Part shown: piece after piece, positions 63,452-64,000 of the stretch
Position numbering within the stretch: position 1 is the stretch's first letter
Layout of the letters: every line of letters starts with the position of its first letter
Origin: Oculina patagonica
Lineage: Eukaryota
Length of the DNA stretch: 64,000 nt
Direction of reading: 5' to 3'
NCBI RefSeq assembly: GCF_052425735.1
Contig: NC_135769.1
Coordinates: 32,302,001-32,366,000, forward strand
Position numbers and translations under genes: made by a program
Notes under the pieces: model-generated
Databases searched by the model: none
Seen by the model: only the letters and a program-made list of their open reading frames with translations
Told to the model about the DNA's origin: nothing

Positions 63452-63738
63452 ATGAGTGGATATACAATCTTAGGATTGTTTTGTAGTTTTATCGTATTTC
63501 TGGCGCTGCCTTCGGTGGTGTTATGCGAAGAGGTAAGCCTGAAAATCGATTTTTAAACTCACGTTTTACGACCCACGATCCAGCCATCTTTGTCCACAAA
63601 TGAATGAAGATTTTTTTCCTTCATTACAGCCTCGAACTTTGAGTGTTCCAGAATCTTTCCTGTTTATATCTACTTTGGATGGAACAATGCATGCCGTGAA
63701 GAAACAAACAGGAGAAATTAGGTGGTCCCTTAAAGAAG
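63452..63738 (+). CDS. ERN1: Inositol-requiring enzyme 1 (IRE1), first two exons 63452-63532 and 63630-63738; continues beyond window
   Basis: Signal peptide MSGYTILGLFCSFIVFLALPSVVLCEE, then PESFLFISTLDGTMHAVKKQTGEIRWSLKE, which matches the start of the IRE1 luminal domain. Confidence 0.9.
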
Positions 63739-64000
63739 GTGAGATTTTGTACTTCTCAATGACTAGAACTAAGCTTACTATACCGCTACTACTGGACGGA
63801 AGTTGTAAGGTCTTTAAAACGGCGAATGCCGTGAAATTATGAACGTGTTTAGAAACTATTATTTTCTTAAAACTGTTCAATTAAGCTATTGTTAGAATGT
63901 AAAGATTATTTTGGGGAAATTTTGCGTTAACGCTGATCGCCAAGGTACAAAAGATGAACTACTTTGTAGGTTTATTATAGACTGAAATGATCGCAGGTTG

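Overview
AT-rich, intron-rich animal genomic DNA. The repeat families and gene structure suggest a stony coral or other anthozoan (inference). Hand-splicing on GT/GC-AG signals recovers eight genes, most of them fragmented or missed by the ORF track. In order: (1) a ~35-exon RhoGEF with SH3-DH-PH-SH3-RA architecture (+, 1136-18020); (2) MPG DNA-3-methyladenine glycosylase (-); (3) a six-exon LONELY GUY (LOG) family phosphoribohydrolase with an intact PGGYGTxEE motif (-), carrying an inverted copy of its own exon 5 in intron 2; (4) a glutamate-receptor-like channel with a K+ filter (TTVGYGD), no amino-terminal domain and two interchangeable paralogous first exons (+, 27972/31137-39233); (5) RNPS1 (-), head-to-head with (6) EEF2KMT/FAM86A (+); (7) TEX2 (-), head-to-head with (8) the first two exons of IRE1/ERN1 (+). 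Introns and intergenic DNA hold many MITEs (TA, TTAA, TTA, 5-bp and 9-bp target duplications), tRNA-derived SINEs, LINE and Harbinger fragments and microsatellites. There is one 263-nt assembly gap. The strongest leads are the animal LOG gene with its antisense exon copy and the K+-filter iGluR-like channel. All exon coordinates were read by eye and need RNA-seq confirmation.
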